Shown: positions 20,198-30,131 of the stretch, in pieces | Layout: each line of letters opens with the position of its first letter | How positions within the stretch are numbered: position 1 is the first letter of the stretch | Virus record (IMG/VR): IMGVR_UViG_3300047476_002043 | Span: 1-64,000 of that record | From: a virus | Length of the DNA: 64,000 bases | Strand: one strand, 5' to 3' | Program-made: the position numbers and the translations under genes | The notes under the pieces: model-generated | Database searches by the model: none | The model's input: only the letters and a program-made list of their open reading frames with translations | Told to the model about the DNA's origin: nothing

Positions 20198-20875
20198 TCA
20201 TTCATCGATGAGGTTGCTATCAATGTGCATACCCGCAAGGAGCACACTTGCAACTTGAGCCGTTCTGCTGACCGAACCACCAGGGATGTTCTTGAGGCTG
20301 GCGCTGCCAGTCTCTTCCAACATAGCTCGGAAACTACCGTAGGCATTGATATCACCACCACGAACTGTAACCAATTCATTGAGTGTGTTTTTCAATCCTT
20401 TAGCACTAAGAGCCTGAATCTCGGGAGCAGTAACAGACGAAGCTCTGTCCTTACCTGTAACCTGACCAGTGATCATATCGATCCGGCGGTCACTATCAGG
20501 AACACTGAGCTTCTTATCCAAGAACTGCTGCATCCTTCTCAGTGGAAGCCTGAGGATAGGGAGCTTATGTCTCGATCTGTAGTGCGTCTTGAGTTCTTTG
20601 TCGTAGAACCATACGTAATCGAACAACTTAACGTCGACCTTTTTAGCCGTAGCCAGGATTTGGTCGAGCGAGATTCGTTTAGTCATGTTTGGAACGGAGA
20701 AGTTGAATTGCACTCTTCCTTCTCGCATATTGGTCATGAAAGTTGTTAGCTCTTTGTCGGACATGTTGGTAAACATATCGACATATCGCTTGACGTTTGT
20801 TCCGTTAGGATCGATTCCAGAAAGACTCTGGACATAAGAGATGAGCGCCTTGCGTTTGCTCGCCATGTCAGCCAT
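20198..20875 (-). CDS. Virion RNA polymerase beta subunit, C-terminal piece (phiKZ gp149-like)
   Basis: RRMQQFLDKK, DMITGQVTG, PEIQAL and LNELVTVRGGD parallel the RpoB C-terminus (..TQQP..EMEVWAL..LQEMLTVKSDD). Confidence 0.8.
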   Translation of the reverse strand: MADMASKRKALISYVQSLSGIDPNGTNVKRYVDMFTNMSDKELTTFMTNMREGRVQFNFSVPNMTKRISLDQILATAKKVDVKLFDYVWFYDKELKTHYRSRHKLPILRLPLRRMQQFLDKKLSVPDSDRRIDMITGQVTGKDRASSVTAPEIQALSAKGLKNTLNELVTVRGGDINAYGSFRAMLEETGSASLKNIPGGSVSRTAQVASVLLAGMHIDSNLIDE

Positions 20876-20921
20876 GATAGACTCCTTTTTGAATTAGATG
20901 TATACGATGACTGACATCTAT

Positions 20922-21152
20922 TCATCTAAAGATTGCGTTACTAAGATCTTTAAGTTTTTGTCTGAGCTCTTCTTGTGTAGTGTCATCAAGAACGATACGC
21001 TGTGTTTCTGTTGATTTGAATACATACGAAGTATCTCTGTTCTTAGCCATTTCTTCTCTAAGTTCAGCGATCTTCTTCGCACATATTTCTGTGTCAGTCC
21101 CATCTAAAGAAATGAGTGTTTTAAGACTGACGATGGTCTCTTTTTTAGACAT
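20922..21152 (-). CDS. Small hypothetical protein
   Basis: 76 aa with GAGGAG RBS. Confidence 0.6.
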   Translation of the reverse strand: MSKKETIVSLKTLISLDGTDTEICAKKIAELREEMAKNRDTSYVFKSTETQRIVLDDTTQEELRQKLKDLSNAIFR

Positions 21153-21232
21153 AGGTTTATCTCCTCAAAAAAAAAATTAATACACTGGACACAACCTCCG
21201 GGAGCGATGAGCTCCCGGAGGCAACTTGTTCT

Positions 21233-23473
21233 TTATTTCAAATGCATCAGGTGTGTTCCATACTTACTCAGGGATCTTCCATCGCTGGATGATCTCTTGG
21301 AAAGATCGATAATGATCGACCCGGCCGTTTCGGAAGAATGGATTAGAACGTGCGCGATAGAAATGCGATTCAAGTGGGATTCGGGAACAGAGATGATCGA
21401 ATCTTCACCAGGCTTCCAAACAGTCAAGATTGTCGTCTCGCCAAGTGGCGACCGTCTCAACCTACCGCTAGTTTCGAGTTTCACAACACGCACGACATTT
21501 TTCTCGTTGGAGTTGATGTATGCGATGTAGACCTCATTACTAACGATCGGGTATACGTTTTCGATATCACTTAAGATACCGGTGCTATCCGCACTTTTAC
21601 GTACGGCCAAATCGTTGGGAGTCAGGATCTTGAGACAACCGTCTTTGTCAATTGTCAAGAATTGCTCACTGACGTGAACGTACTTAACATCCGGTTCATC
21701 CCTATAGTGTAGTCCCTTAACCGCAAAGATAGTTGTCGGGTTCTTGCGAATACCGACTGTAAATTTGTGTTTCCGGTTGGACACTTGGAAATGTTTCGTA
21801 ACGAATTCTTTAGGGAAGCTGAGTTCACTCTCATCGTCCAATCCGTCGTCATGGTGACGAACCTTATTCTTAACTCCATTGGGGTAGAGCCGAATATCGG
21901 TATCGATACCGAAGCGACTAATGATCATGTCGGCTTCGGTCAAGGAATTGAATTGGATACGTCCCTGGCCGATCGTAGCACATCCGATGAACGAAGGAAC
22001 GGCACTGCGTCTATGCCCGAATTCTCCGCCGAATTTCTTGCGGATGTTTTCAGCAGCTTCGCAGATGACCGCATCGATCATGAACATCTTCTTCTGAACT
22101 TCCACGCTTTCTGTGTGGATACGTTCGAGGTCAAGCTTAAGCTTTTCCACGTTGATGTTGGTAATACTACCGAGTGTGATCTCGCTCAAGTATTTAGCCT
22201 GGAACTGAGTCATACCAAATCGCTCAATGAGCGGTTGGATAGTGTCCTCAGGTTTCTTTGCATTCTTGAAGATTTGGAAGACGGCATCCATGTCAGTGTG
22301 TGCCATGAGGATAGCCTCAAAGCGACGCATAGCGATGGTGAGATGCCTCTGGGTATTCTTGAAGCCAGCGAGAACTGATCGCTTGCGCTCTTGGTACCAC
22401 ATATCGAGAACATCGAAGGGTGATAACTCAGGGCACTTACGCTCCTTTGTGAAGAAGCGGTTGCAAGGAGTGTAGCGACCAGTGAACTCGATCAGTTTCT
22501 TGAGGGGTTCGATGACATCCCAGGGAGATACGCCACGCTTGAGTGTGAATTCAACCCTGCTGTCCATACATCCCTTAGATGCATTGGTAATCCCGTCGAT
22601 GTTCAGGTTGACGAAGTTTTCTTTTTTGTCAACGATCATCTTACCAACATTCTTTTCTGCTTGAGAAAAGTTCTTGAAGTACGGAAGGGTTCTGAGGATG
22701 ATGGATTTTGGAGTAACTTCCATTGCACCATCCTGAACGATGGAGCATTTGAAATCACCACTCCGATAAGCTTCAAGAAGTTCGGCTTCATTTCTCAGGA
22801 GACCGTCTGTTGGAGTATCCGGGATGAGGAAGTGTCCAAGTTGCTCATTCAGCTCTTTGGCCGGTGGGCGGAAACCGAATTTGTTGTAGAGATTGACATA
22901 AGCGACAGTCAGTCTACAAAGTGCATCGAGATTGAGGGTGGTTGGTGAAGTCTTGAACCCGATGGACATACCAAAGCCGCCAGTGATCAAAGCCATAGGC
23001 AGAGCAGGGATGAGATAATCCGGCTCTTTGGTAGTTTCAGTATCCGACGTAACCATGTTGAGTGTGCCCAACTCGGTATTGTCGAAGTACACAGCTCTTG
23101 TGAACTTATGTTCCTGAACTTCAAGATAACGCGGCTGAGCTGGTTTACCGCCACCGTAGTCACCTACGTTAGTCTCAGCGTAAAGCAGAGGCACGATGAA
23201 GTTGAAGGGTTGACAGAGGTGAGAGATCGCTTCGTTCACGGATGAGTCACCACTAACGTGGTATTTCTCAAGCACATCACCACCAAGAACGGTAGCTTTA
23301 TGCTTTCCAGGATTGCGATGATAGATAGTCCAAAGGATCCTTTTCTGGATCGGCTTCAGTCCATCGATGACGTGCGGGAGTTTGGTGGCAACCGTGTGTA
23401 GACCATAGTCTCGGTAGTCCGAGACAACGGCTTCATCGGCGTTCATTTTTCCATTTACTGTATCTTCTGCCAT
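21233..23473 (-). CDS. gyrA: Type IIA topoisomerase subunit A (GyrA/ParC-like)
   Basis: LPHVIDGLKPIQKRIL, YHVSGDSS and catalytic PAQPRY; start MAEDT with GGAG RBS. Confidence 0.9.
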   Translation of the reverse strand: MAEDTVNGKMNADEAVVSDYRDYGLHTVATKLPHVIDGLKPIQKRILWTIYHRNPGKHKATVLGGDVLEKYHVSGDSSVNEAISHLCQPFNFIVPLLYAETNVGDYGGGKPAQPRYLEVQEHKFTRAVYFDNTELGTLNMVTSDTETTKEPDYLIPALPMALITGGFGMSIGFKTSPTTLNLDALCRLTVAYVNLYNKFGFRPPAKELNEQLGHFLIPDTPTDGLLRNEAELLEAYRSGDFKCSIVQDGAMEVTPKSIILRTLPYFKNFSQAEKNVGKMIVDKKENFVNLNIDGITNASKGCMDSRVEFTLKRGVSPWDVIEPLKKLIEFTGRYTPCNRFFTKERKCPELSPFDVLDMWYQERKRSVLAGFKNTQRHLTIAMRRFEAILMAHTDMDAVFQIFKNAKKPEDTIQPLIERFGMTQFQAKYLSEITLGSITNINVEKLKLDLERIHTESVEVQKKMFMIDAVICEAAENIRKKFGGEFGHRRSAVPSFIGCATIGQGRIQFNSLTEADMIISRFGIDTDIRLYPNGVKNKVRHHDDGLDDESELSFPKEFVTKHFQVSNRKHKFTVGIRKNPTTIFAVKGLHYRDEPDVKYVHVSEQFLTIDKDGCLKILTPNDLAVRKSADSTGILSDIENVYPIVSNEVYIAYINSNEKNVVRVVKLETSGRLRRSPLGETTILTVWKPGEDSIISVPESHLNRISIAHVLIHSSETAGSIIIDLSKRSSSDGRSLSKYGTHLMHLK

Positions 23474-23527
23474 GAGGGTCTCCAAAAAATAACCGCAGCC
23501 AGTTTTCACCAGCTGCGGTTGTTGAGG

Positions 23528-23998
23528 TTAGAGTTGAACTTGTCGATGAGCTGAGGTGTTGATGTTGGAATAAGTGAAGCTACGGACCGTGGCCTTCTTA
23601 TCAACAAGAGTCACACTGATGTCGACGGAATAGCCGAGGATACATTCAAGAATTTCAACGAACTTCTTGTACGTGATTTCATTCCTGGCCAAAGTTGAAA
23701 GGAGATTCCCTCTACCCGATGAGATCCTACTTGGGGTTTCACCAAGAACAACTCTGGCGTACTCAGCATATCGATCGGTGATGTACTCTTTGCTAACCTT
23801 GTCGTCAACTAGAATTCTTCTGAGGATTTTCATCAGTGGGTGCGATGTGTTATGAACATCCTCTTCTCTAAAGAGGGGATCACCATCCATAGCATCCGAC
23901 CGATCAAAGTTGACCCCTTCTTCCATCAACTGATGGAACGATTTGTAGGCTACGTCTTTTGACGGTGGAAATTGCATGTCACTATGACTCCTTGACAT
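23528..23998 (-). CDS. Hypothetical protein (possible HTH)
   Basis: 156 aa; early-promoter motif at 24024-24031. Confidence 0.7.
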   Translation of the reverse strand: MSRSHSDMQFPPSKDVAYKSFHQLMEEGVNFDRSDAMDGDPLFREEDVHNTSHPLMKILRRILVDDKVSKEYITDRYAEYARVVLGETPSRISSGRGNLLSTLARNEITYKKFVEILECILGYSVDISVTLVDKKATVRSFTYSNINTSAHRQVQL

Positions 23999-24091
23999 GG
24001 GTTGAGGTTGAGGTTACCTTAAGGTAATGTATGTCTGAATGTCTTCTCATCTCTTTTCATCCTGGGGAGGTGGGCGATGAAAGATTAAGAG

Positions 24092-24165
<74 letters not shown>

Positions 24166-24174
24166 AATGTATCG

Positions 24175-26679
24175 TTACTCTGCGTCGATGTAATCATCAT
24201 CCTTAGCGCCCTTGAACTTGAGAACTTGCTCAAGATCTTGGAGGTTTTCTTGGATGAGCATCTTACGCAGTTTCGTTGCAACACCAAAGATTTCGTGGAT
24301 GATGTCAACATCACCGACGTTCGTGATCTTGGTGTAACTACGAGTGAGCGGGTCCAAACAAACATGCACAAGCTGGGCAGGAGGAACCTGAGCCAACCCT
24401 TTGAGTCTGCTAGGAACAAAGTATTCGTTGATGGTCTGGAAGACTTGATAGAGCTGGAGATAAGTCATCATCCTCTCGTTGTAAAGGGGCGAATGTCTTG
24501 TTGTCACAGTCACGTAAATCCTGTTGTGCTTAACTGCCCGCAAGGTAGGCAACACATTCATGCGGATTTCAGTAGCCAAGTCTTTGCACTGAATAACAGT
24601 GTCAACATTACCTACGGTAAGGATGAGACTGTCGCTTTCTTTTCGGTATTCGCAGTGGTCAAGTGCAAGACCTTCTTTGATCTTCTCAGGATTGATAGGA
24701 TCAAGATGATCGACAACACTCACCAAGCTTTCAAGGATATGCGGATCGATGATCAGTTTGGTGGCAACCGCATTGATGATGCGACCAACCTCATAGATCA
24801 GATAGCAGAAGTCTCTGAATGCTGCGCCGGACAGTTCATGATGAGCGACCTCACCATAGACCTTGATGCGAAGAAGGGAATTGTACATGTCAACTCGCTG
24901 ATCCATCAATGCATGTGCATCTCTGGCAAAAATCCGAAGCTTCTTGTGAAGCAGTAGATACAACGGCGGGTTGATCATGATAACGCGACCGGAAGTGACA
25001 ATCAGAGGATTGATCTTGTAGAGCGTACCGATGCAGAGTGACCGGATATGATAGCCGTCACAGTCAGCGTCAGCCAGCAAGCAGATCGTCGCGAAGTTCA
25101 TGTTGTCAAGATTGGTATCAGTTGGGCTAACACCAAGGATCTTGCTCAAGTCTTGATACATTTCGCTAGAGCGAAGCTGGCGCGTTTCTTTCTTGAACGG
25201 ATTGGTAGGCTTGCCACGACACTTGTACACAGCTTGAGTCTGTGCATTGCGGTGTTGCTTAATGTAGTCACCGGACGAGTCGCCTTCAGCGAAGAAGATC
25301 TCGGTGATGGTCTTGTCACGAGAAACACATTCAAGGTAACAATCAGGGTTATTGAGTGTATACTTGAGGTTCTTGAGGCCGTTGTTGGATTTGAGGTCGC
25401 GATTGAGGAATCGCTTGTAGCGCTCTTCAACATCCTCAAAGATTTGAAGAAGGTAATCCTTCCAGAAGTCGTCACCAAGACGTTCGCATGCTTTGATGAG
25501 GCTAGCCGTGAATTGCTTCAAGAACTCATTGTCGCTGAAGTTATTCTTGGCTTGGTCATCAAAGTTGGCTCCTTGCCATTCTGCCATGATGATGATACCA
25601 CCAGGTAGTTGGTAGAAGTTCTCGAAGTAGTCTCGCATTTCAACATCTGCGATCTTCTTCATGAGCATCTTTTTGATAACGGAAATTGTACCGAAGACAT
25701 GTGATGCCTTAGGGTTTTGGATGCGGACCATGTTAACCGCAGCAACCATCATCTGACTTCTTTTACCGAAGTCTTTCTGAAGGAAGGTTTGAATCGTGTA
25801 TCCAAGGCGACCATCAACATTGATGTCTTGTTCGATGATGGGCGATTCCCAAAGAACAGGAGCATTGATGCCGTTGGAGCGAAGAACATAGCTACTGAAA
25901 CTTACGTTCTCCGGGGAGAGGTAGATTTCTCTAGCGCTATTGGTTTCGCGTTTGTAGTAGAGTGAGCGCCAGATGTCTTCGATCGGAGCCCCAATGTGGT
26001 AATCAGGATCTTCTGCGATTGAACAGGCTTTGACTGAGAATCTGATGTTCCTAACGAAAGTTGCTTCGAAGTCGAGGTAGTCCAAGAGCAGCTTGATGCC
26101 GCTATCAGGAGTGTCCTCAAAGAAATCGCCAGCGTCTTTGTAGACTGTCCAGTCGGGCTCATAAATGACTGTAACACCATCAAGTGAACGGTCTTCTGGA
26201 TGCATCTCAAGAACCTCGCTCCTCATGGTCTTACCAAGACGAGAATGAACGATGGCGAAACCATCACGACGACGAGAGATGACAGTGATGAATTTCGAGA
26301 GAGCATTGGTGGCCTTAACGCCAACACCGAATGTACCGATGGATGTAGTGTAGGAAGAGGGTGACCACTTACCGGATGTACCATACTTGGTGTACGATGC
26401 GTCAAGTTTGTGAAGTGGGATACCGCGACCTGTGTCGGTGATGATGACTTGGAATCGACCTTCGGCTTTCAGAACGAAAGTGATAGAGATCAAATGCTTC
26501 TTATCTTTCGTGATTTTGGCTTCATCGATAGAGTTGTCGATGATTTCCTTGAGCAACTGATACATCCCCTTTTGGTTGGGAGAAAAGCCATACATCGTAG
26601 GCTTAAGGCGGATGTGATCGAGTACCGTTTCAACTGATTCAATGTCTTTAGCTTCGTAAGACTTGGTATTCACGCTCAT
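24175..26679 (-). CDS. gyrB: Type IIA topoisomerase subunit B (GyrB/ParE-like)
   Basis: GHKL motifs EIIDNSIDE, DTGRGIP and GTFGVG; TOPRIM motifs EGDS, RGK and DADCDG; C-terminal RLKGL. Confidence 0.92.
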   Translation of the reverse strand: MSVNTKSYEAKDIESVETVLDHIRLKPTMYGFSPNQKGMYQLLKEIIDNSIDEAKITKDKKHLISITFVLKAEGRFQVIITDTGRGIPLHKLDASYTKYGTSGKWSPSSYTTSIGTFGVGVKATNALSKFITVISRRRDGFAIVHSRLGKTMRSEVLEMHPEDRSLDGVTVIYEPDWTVYKDAGDFFEDTPDSGIKLLLDYLDFEATFVRNIRFSVKACSIAEDPDYHIGAPIEDIWRSLYYKRETNSAREIYLSPENVSFSSYVLRSNGINAPVLWESPIIEQDINVDGRLGYTIQTFLQKDFGKRSQMMVAAVNMVRIQNPKASHVFGTISVIKKMLMKKIADVEMRDYFENFYQLPGGIIIMAEWQGANFDDQAKNNFSDNEFLKQFTASLIKACERLGDDFWKDYLLQIFEDVEERYKRFLNRDLKSNNGLKNLKYTLNNPDCYLECVSRDKTITEIFFAEGDSSGDYIKQHRNAQTQAVYKCRGKPTNPFKKETRQLRSSEMYQDLSKILGVSPTDTNLDNMNFATICLLADADCDGYHIRSLCIGTLYKINPLIVTSGRVIMINPPLYLLLHKKLRIFARDAHALMDQRVDMYNSLLRIKVYGEVAHHELSGAAFRDFCYLIYEVGRIINAVATKLIIDPHILESLVSVVDHLDPINPEKIKEGLALDHCEYRKESDSLILTVGNVDTVIQCKDLATEIRMNVLPTLRAVKHNRIYVTVTTRHSPLYNERMMTYLQLYQVFQTINEYFVPSRLKGLAQVPPAQLVHVCLDPLTRSYTKITNVGDVDIIHEIFGVATKLRKMLIQENLQDLEQVLKFKGAKDDDYIDAE

Positions 26680-26703
26680 GAAAATCTCCTTGGTTGGGGT
26701 GGG

Positions 26704-27096
26704 TTAAAAGAAACCGAGCTCATGCGCAAATTCGAGGCAGGCTTGAGCATCGATCTGGGTGATGTTTTCAACAGTAGCCAAATCAGCCAATGTAAAATCC
26801 GGGTTATCGACGTGCAGGGTGGCAACCGAATACGCCTTATCTTGATTGGTCTGAATACTGTTGTAAGTGTACTTGGAGCAGATATCGAAATCATACTCCT
26901 TGAGTCTGATGCTCTTAATGATGTTCGCTGGGACATGGGAGAAGTAGAAAGCTATCCGCTCATCACTCCACCCATCCAGCATGTGATGACAGATGTCAAC
27001 TATGTCTTCATCCTGAAGAATTTGTACACATCCATCCACATCTTTTCTGCGTGGGAGATAGATTATGCTTGGCGCTTTGACATGTTCATCATACAT
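26704..27096 (-). CDS. Putative HTH DNA-binding protein
   Basis: GWSDERIAFYF and FTLADLA helix-turn-helix-like segments. Confidence 0.6.
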   Translation of the reverse strand: MYDEHVKAPSIIYLPRRKDVDGCVQILQDEDIVDICHHMLDGWSDERIAFYFSHVPANIIKSIRLKEYDFDICSKYTYNSIQTNQDKAYSVATLHVDNPDFTLADLATVENITQIDAQACLEFAHELGFF

Positions 27097-27111
27097 AATC
27101 CATCTCCTATG

Positions 27112-27753
27112 TTAAGCTTCTACTGGCACCAGGCCGGTTTTATCTCTAAGCCAGAAGTTGTGGTCGCCGAATTTGATTCCCGACAACTCTTCAACCTTCT
27201 GATGAATCTTGTAGCAGAGGTCGTCAGGTGTTCCGTCATTGACAACATCAGCATCACTACCAGGGAGGTAGAGATAATTGCGTGAGTCGCCGGCGAACGA
27301 TTTACCTTCTCTGTGAATCCGAATGACGATGAGTTTCGAGTCTTTGACTTCTTTAAGACACTCGATCTCTTCCATGAAACCACCATCACTGAAGAAGTAG
27401 AAGGTGTTGGTCGTCCATGGGATATCGTTGTCAGTGTCGATGACAGACTTAACTGCCATGTGACCGAAGTAATCTTTTCCGAAAATAGGCTTGCACCATT
27501 CTTCCGAGATCTTGATCATGAACTGGCGCTGACTTAATCCGCCGAGTTTATCCCAAGGTTGACTCTTGAGTGTCGGACACTCGTAGCGTTCGTCCCATTC
27601 TTTCTCACTGAAGGGGATGATAGACTTGGCGATTTTGAAAAGCTGTCGCTTCATTTCCAAATGCTCGCAGCAATGGTACCAGCGATTGAACGCAGATGCC
27701 GCAGTGTCCTTACCACATGAAGGAGGTCCGCTCAAAACAATGATAATTTTCAT
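27112..27753 (-). CDS. Deoxynucleoside monophosphate kinase (phage type)
   Basis: P-loop GPPSCGKDT, RQFMIKISE and FSDGGFMEE. Confidence 0.85.
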   Translation of the reverse strand: MKIIIVLSGPPSCGKDTAASAFNRWYHCCEHLEMKRQLFKIAKSIIPFSEKEWDERYECPTLKSQPWDKLGGLSQRQFMIKISEEWCKPIFGKDYFGHMAVKSVIDTDNDIPWTTNTFYFFSDGGFMEEIECLKEVKDSKLIVIRIHREGKSFAGDSRNYLYLPGSDADVVNDGTPDDLCYKIHQKVEELSGIKFGDHNFWLRDKTGLVPVEA

Positions 27754-27790
27754 TCGATTTTATCCTTATGGAAAGTGGTTGCTCTTATAA

Positions 27791-27798
27791 GTAATGTA
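27791..27798 (-). promoter_or_regulatory. Early promoter motif TACATTAC
   Basis: Upstream of the kinase-HTH-gyrB-tRNA operon. Confidence 0.7.
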
Positions 27799-27883
27799 GA
27801 TCTCAAGCTTCACTGAGATGCCTCTACTTACTCGATATAAAATCAGTGAGTCCTCTAGTTTTTAATCGCTGAAAAAAGAAAGG

Positions 27884-27919
27884 AAGCTACACCAGGGCCG
27901 CGAGGCCCTGGTGTAGCTT
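27884..27919 (-). terminator. Intrinsic terminator
   Basis: AAGCTACACCAGGGCC-GCGA-GGCCCTGGTGTAGCTT with an A tract on its left. Confidence 0.8.
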
Positions 27920-28187
27920 ACCTCGAACAAGTATTTCTCTCATCTCCCACCCCTGAGGATGAAAGAAACTACGGGCATGATTGGGGAGCCACCAACCACA
28001 TCCACTCGCTCAACGACATTGCAATTAACGATGTGCCTCACGCATCGCCAACTACAACTGCTCAATTCATCAACAGAAAAGGATCAATTCCACCTGCCCA
28101 CTGTTGAATGACGAATTGTGTTGTCGTATACAATCATATGACCAACACTACAAAATTACGGATTAATTCCGTTTGGAGAACTTATTT

Positions 28188-28673
28188 ATGAGCAAGCAAG
28201 TTGATGACCGCATCGATGCAGTTGTTGCACTCTCTGCAAAGAACAACGAAATCCGCAGAGCTATGGCTGAGAAGCTTAGCGCAGCGGCTAACAAACTCAA
28301 CTTCGACGACATCGATAAGATGCGATCGAGTGAACTTGAGAGTAGACTCGGTGTTTTCACCACCGTAGACAGTATCCTCAAGAGCATGGAAAGTTCCGAA
28401 ATCAACAACGTTAAGATCATGCTCAGTAAGCAAAATACTGAGGCTAACGTCGGTACCGCCGAAACCGTTGCTAACCTCCTCAGGGCCGTTAAGGTTGGTG
28501 ACATCATTCCGCCCAGACATGGCGATGCCACTGAAGATGACATCGATAACAAGCTCGATGGGGTCATCAGTGGTAATGCTGAAATTCGTCCTGTCTCGGC
28601 AGGGGAACTTGGTGCCAATGAACAACAAGATGTGATCAATCTTAGCGATAAAAAAACTGATGTGGAAGAATGA
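28188..28673 (+). CDS. Hypothetical protein
   Basis: MSKQ start with GGAG RBS; TATG late-type motif upstream. Confidence 0.75.
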   Translation: MSKQVDDRIDAVVALSAKNNEIRRAMAEKLSAAANKLNFDDIDKMRSSELESRLGVFTTVDSILKSMESSEINNVKIMLSKQNTEANVGTAETVANLLRAVKVGDIIPPRHGDATEDDIDNKLDGVISGNAEIRPVSAGELGANEQQDVINLSDKKTDVEE

Positions 28674-28678
28674 AAGAC

Positions 28679-28710
28679 CACCTACGTCACCCGCAAGGGT
28701 GACGTAGGTG
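28679..28710. terminator. Bidirectional terminator with GCAA loop
   Basis: CACCTACGTCACCC-GCAA-GGGTGACGTAGGTG. Confidence 0.85.
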
Positions 28711-28719
28711 TATCTTCTA

Positions 28720-29328
28720 TCACTCGATGCGAGTGGCAAGGAAGCTGACGATCTCTTCGCGATGGAGGGTCTCGCGCACGATATCAAGGTTGGGCTTGAC
28801 GCGGCTGAGGTTCTTCTTGTAGTCGATGGTCATGTTGATGGCGGTGTACAGAACGCTCATCTGACGACGAGTTCCAGCACTGATGCTGTCATTAATGCCG
28901 TAGATCACGCTGGCATCGATCATGAGACCACGATTCTTCAGGAAGAAGTCGTAGAAGATGACCAGGTTCTCGATGTCCGGATGTTCGATCAGGTAGACGG
29001 TAGCCTTCTTGAGCAGGTCAACGAGGACGGCACGAGAGGCATCGGTGTGAGCCGGGGTAGCTTTGAAGGCCTTTTCGAAATTGGCAAGGAGTTCAGCTTG
29101 CTTGGTGCCGGTCTTGACAACATCGACAGGAGCCGCGAGTTTCGGCTCTCTTTGCGGTTCCGGGATGATCGGAGCCGGAGCAGGTTGAGTCTCGACAACA
29201 GGAGCTTCACTAACGACGACCGTTTCGGTGGCGGTAGCTTCAGGAGTGGGTTGGGTTTCATTCATGGGAGGAGTTCCTTGGTTGACAACACCAGTGACGG
29301 TGGTCGTGTTCTTTCTGGGTCTAGCCAT
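28720..29328 (-). CDS. Hypothetical protein with P/T/E-rich N-terminus
   Basis: MARPRK start with AAGGA RBS. Confidence 0.75.
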   Translation of the reverse strand: MARPRKNTTTVTGVVNQGTPPMNETQPTPEATATETVVVSEAPVVETQPAPAPIIPEPQREPKLAAPVDVVKTGTKQAELLANFEKAFKATPAHTDASRAVLVDLLKKATVYLIEHPDIENLVIFYDFFLKNRGLMIDASVIYGINDSISAGTRRQMSVLYTAINMTIDYKKNLSRVKPNLDIVRETLHREEIVSFLATRIE

Positions 29329-29378
29329 AAGTAATTCCTTTGTAGTTGATCTTTGACAGAAGCAAGCATACAATAGTT

Positions 29379-29993
29379 TTACCCGGCGAACTTGAGCTTC
29401 TTAAGGTACATGGCATGTTCTTGTTTGCTCATCCAGGCCAGATTATCTGGTGTTGGTGGCAGAGTTTTATCGACGACTACAACAATCATGGTTTTCCATG
29501 CTGTGGGTTTTGGAAGGAATGCGAGAGCCACCAATCTAGCCACGGAGACACCATAAGCCTTACCACGAAATGAGTATGTAATTTCCTTTTTATGTCTAAG
29601 GAAGCGAGTGGAGTTTGATCTATAGACCGCTCCATCTCTAGTTACTCTGATTCCAGGAAATTCGGGAACTTTAACAGCATCCTTAGGGATTCTGTAATCC
29701 TCATCATCAACCCAGAGAAGGTTGGTCAGTTTGCAGTTCATTTCATCGCCATCGCGATGAATCAACCGTGTAGCCCCAGCCGGTTTAGGGTAGAACATTT
29801 CTGCAACCAATTCAGCAACGGATCTCATCTCGGCCTTCTTTACAGAACCAATGAATCGGTAAAGTTTGACCTTGGCTCGACCTCGACTACTGATGATATC
29901 ATGTGGCCAGGTTGATGCAGTATCGAACACTTGACCAGCTTCGTTAATCGAATCTCGAATGTATCCTAATGATTTCAATGAAGCAACTTTCAT
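29379..29993 (-). CDS. HNH (NUMOD4-type) homing-endonuclease-derived protein with two tandem HNH-like units
   Basis: VAELVAEMF...IHRDGDEMNCKLTNLLW and VARLVALAFLP...PDNLAW. Confidence 0.75.
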   Translation of the reverse strand: MKVASLKSLGYIRDSINEAGQVFDTASTWPHDIISSRGRAKVKLYRFIGSVKKAEMRSVAELVAEMFYPKPAGATRLIHRDGDEMNCKLTNLLWVDDEDYRIPKDAVKVPEFPGIRVTRDGAVYRSNSTRFLRHKKEITYSFRGKAYGVSVARLVALAFLPKPTAWKTMIVVVVDKTLPPTPDNLAWMSKQEHAMYLKKLKFAG

Positions 29994-30131
29994 TGCTAAC
30001 CTCGACTGTTTTTTTGTTTTCTTCCTCCTAACTGGCGTTAATATACCAGCTCAAATATGTAATGTAGATGTAACTTTATTTTGAAATGGCACCCATCGTC
30101 GTGGCTAACGCCACGACGATGGTTACGCTTC

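Noticed and set aside
24175-26679. Intein or intron in the topoisomerase or RNAP genes
   Set aside because: No C...HN/C splice motifs or LAGLIDADG blocks, and the reading frames are continuous.
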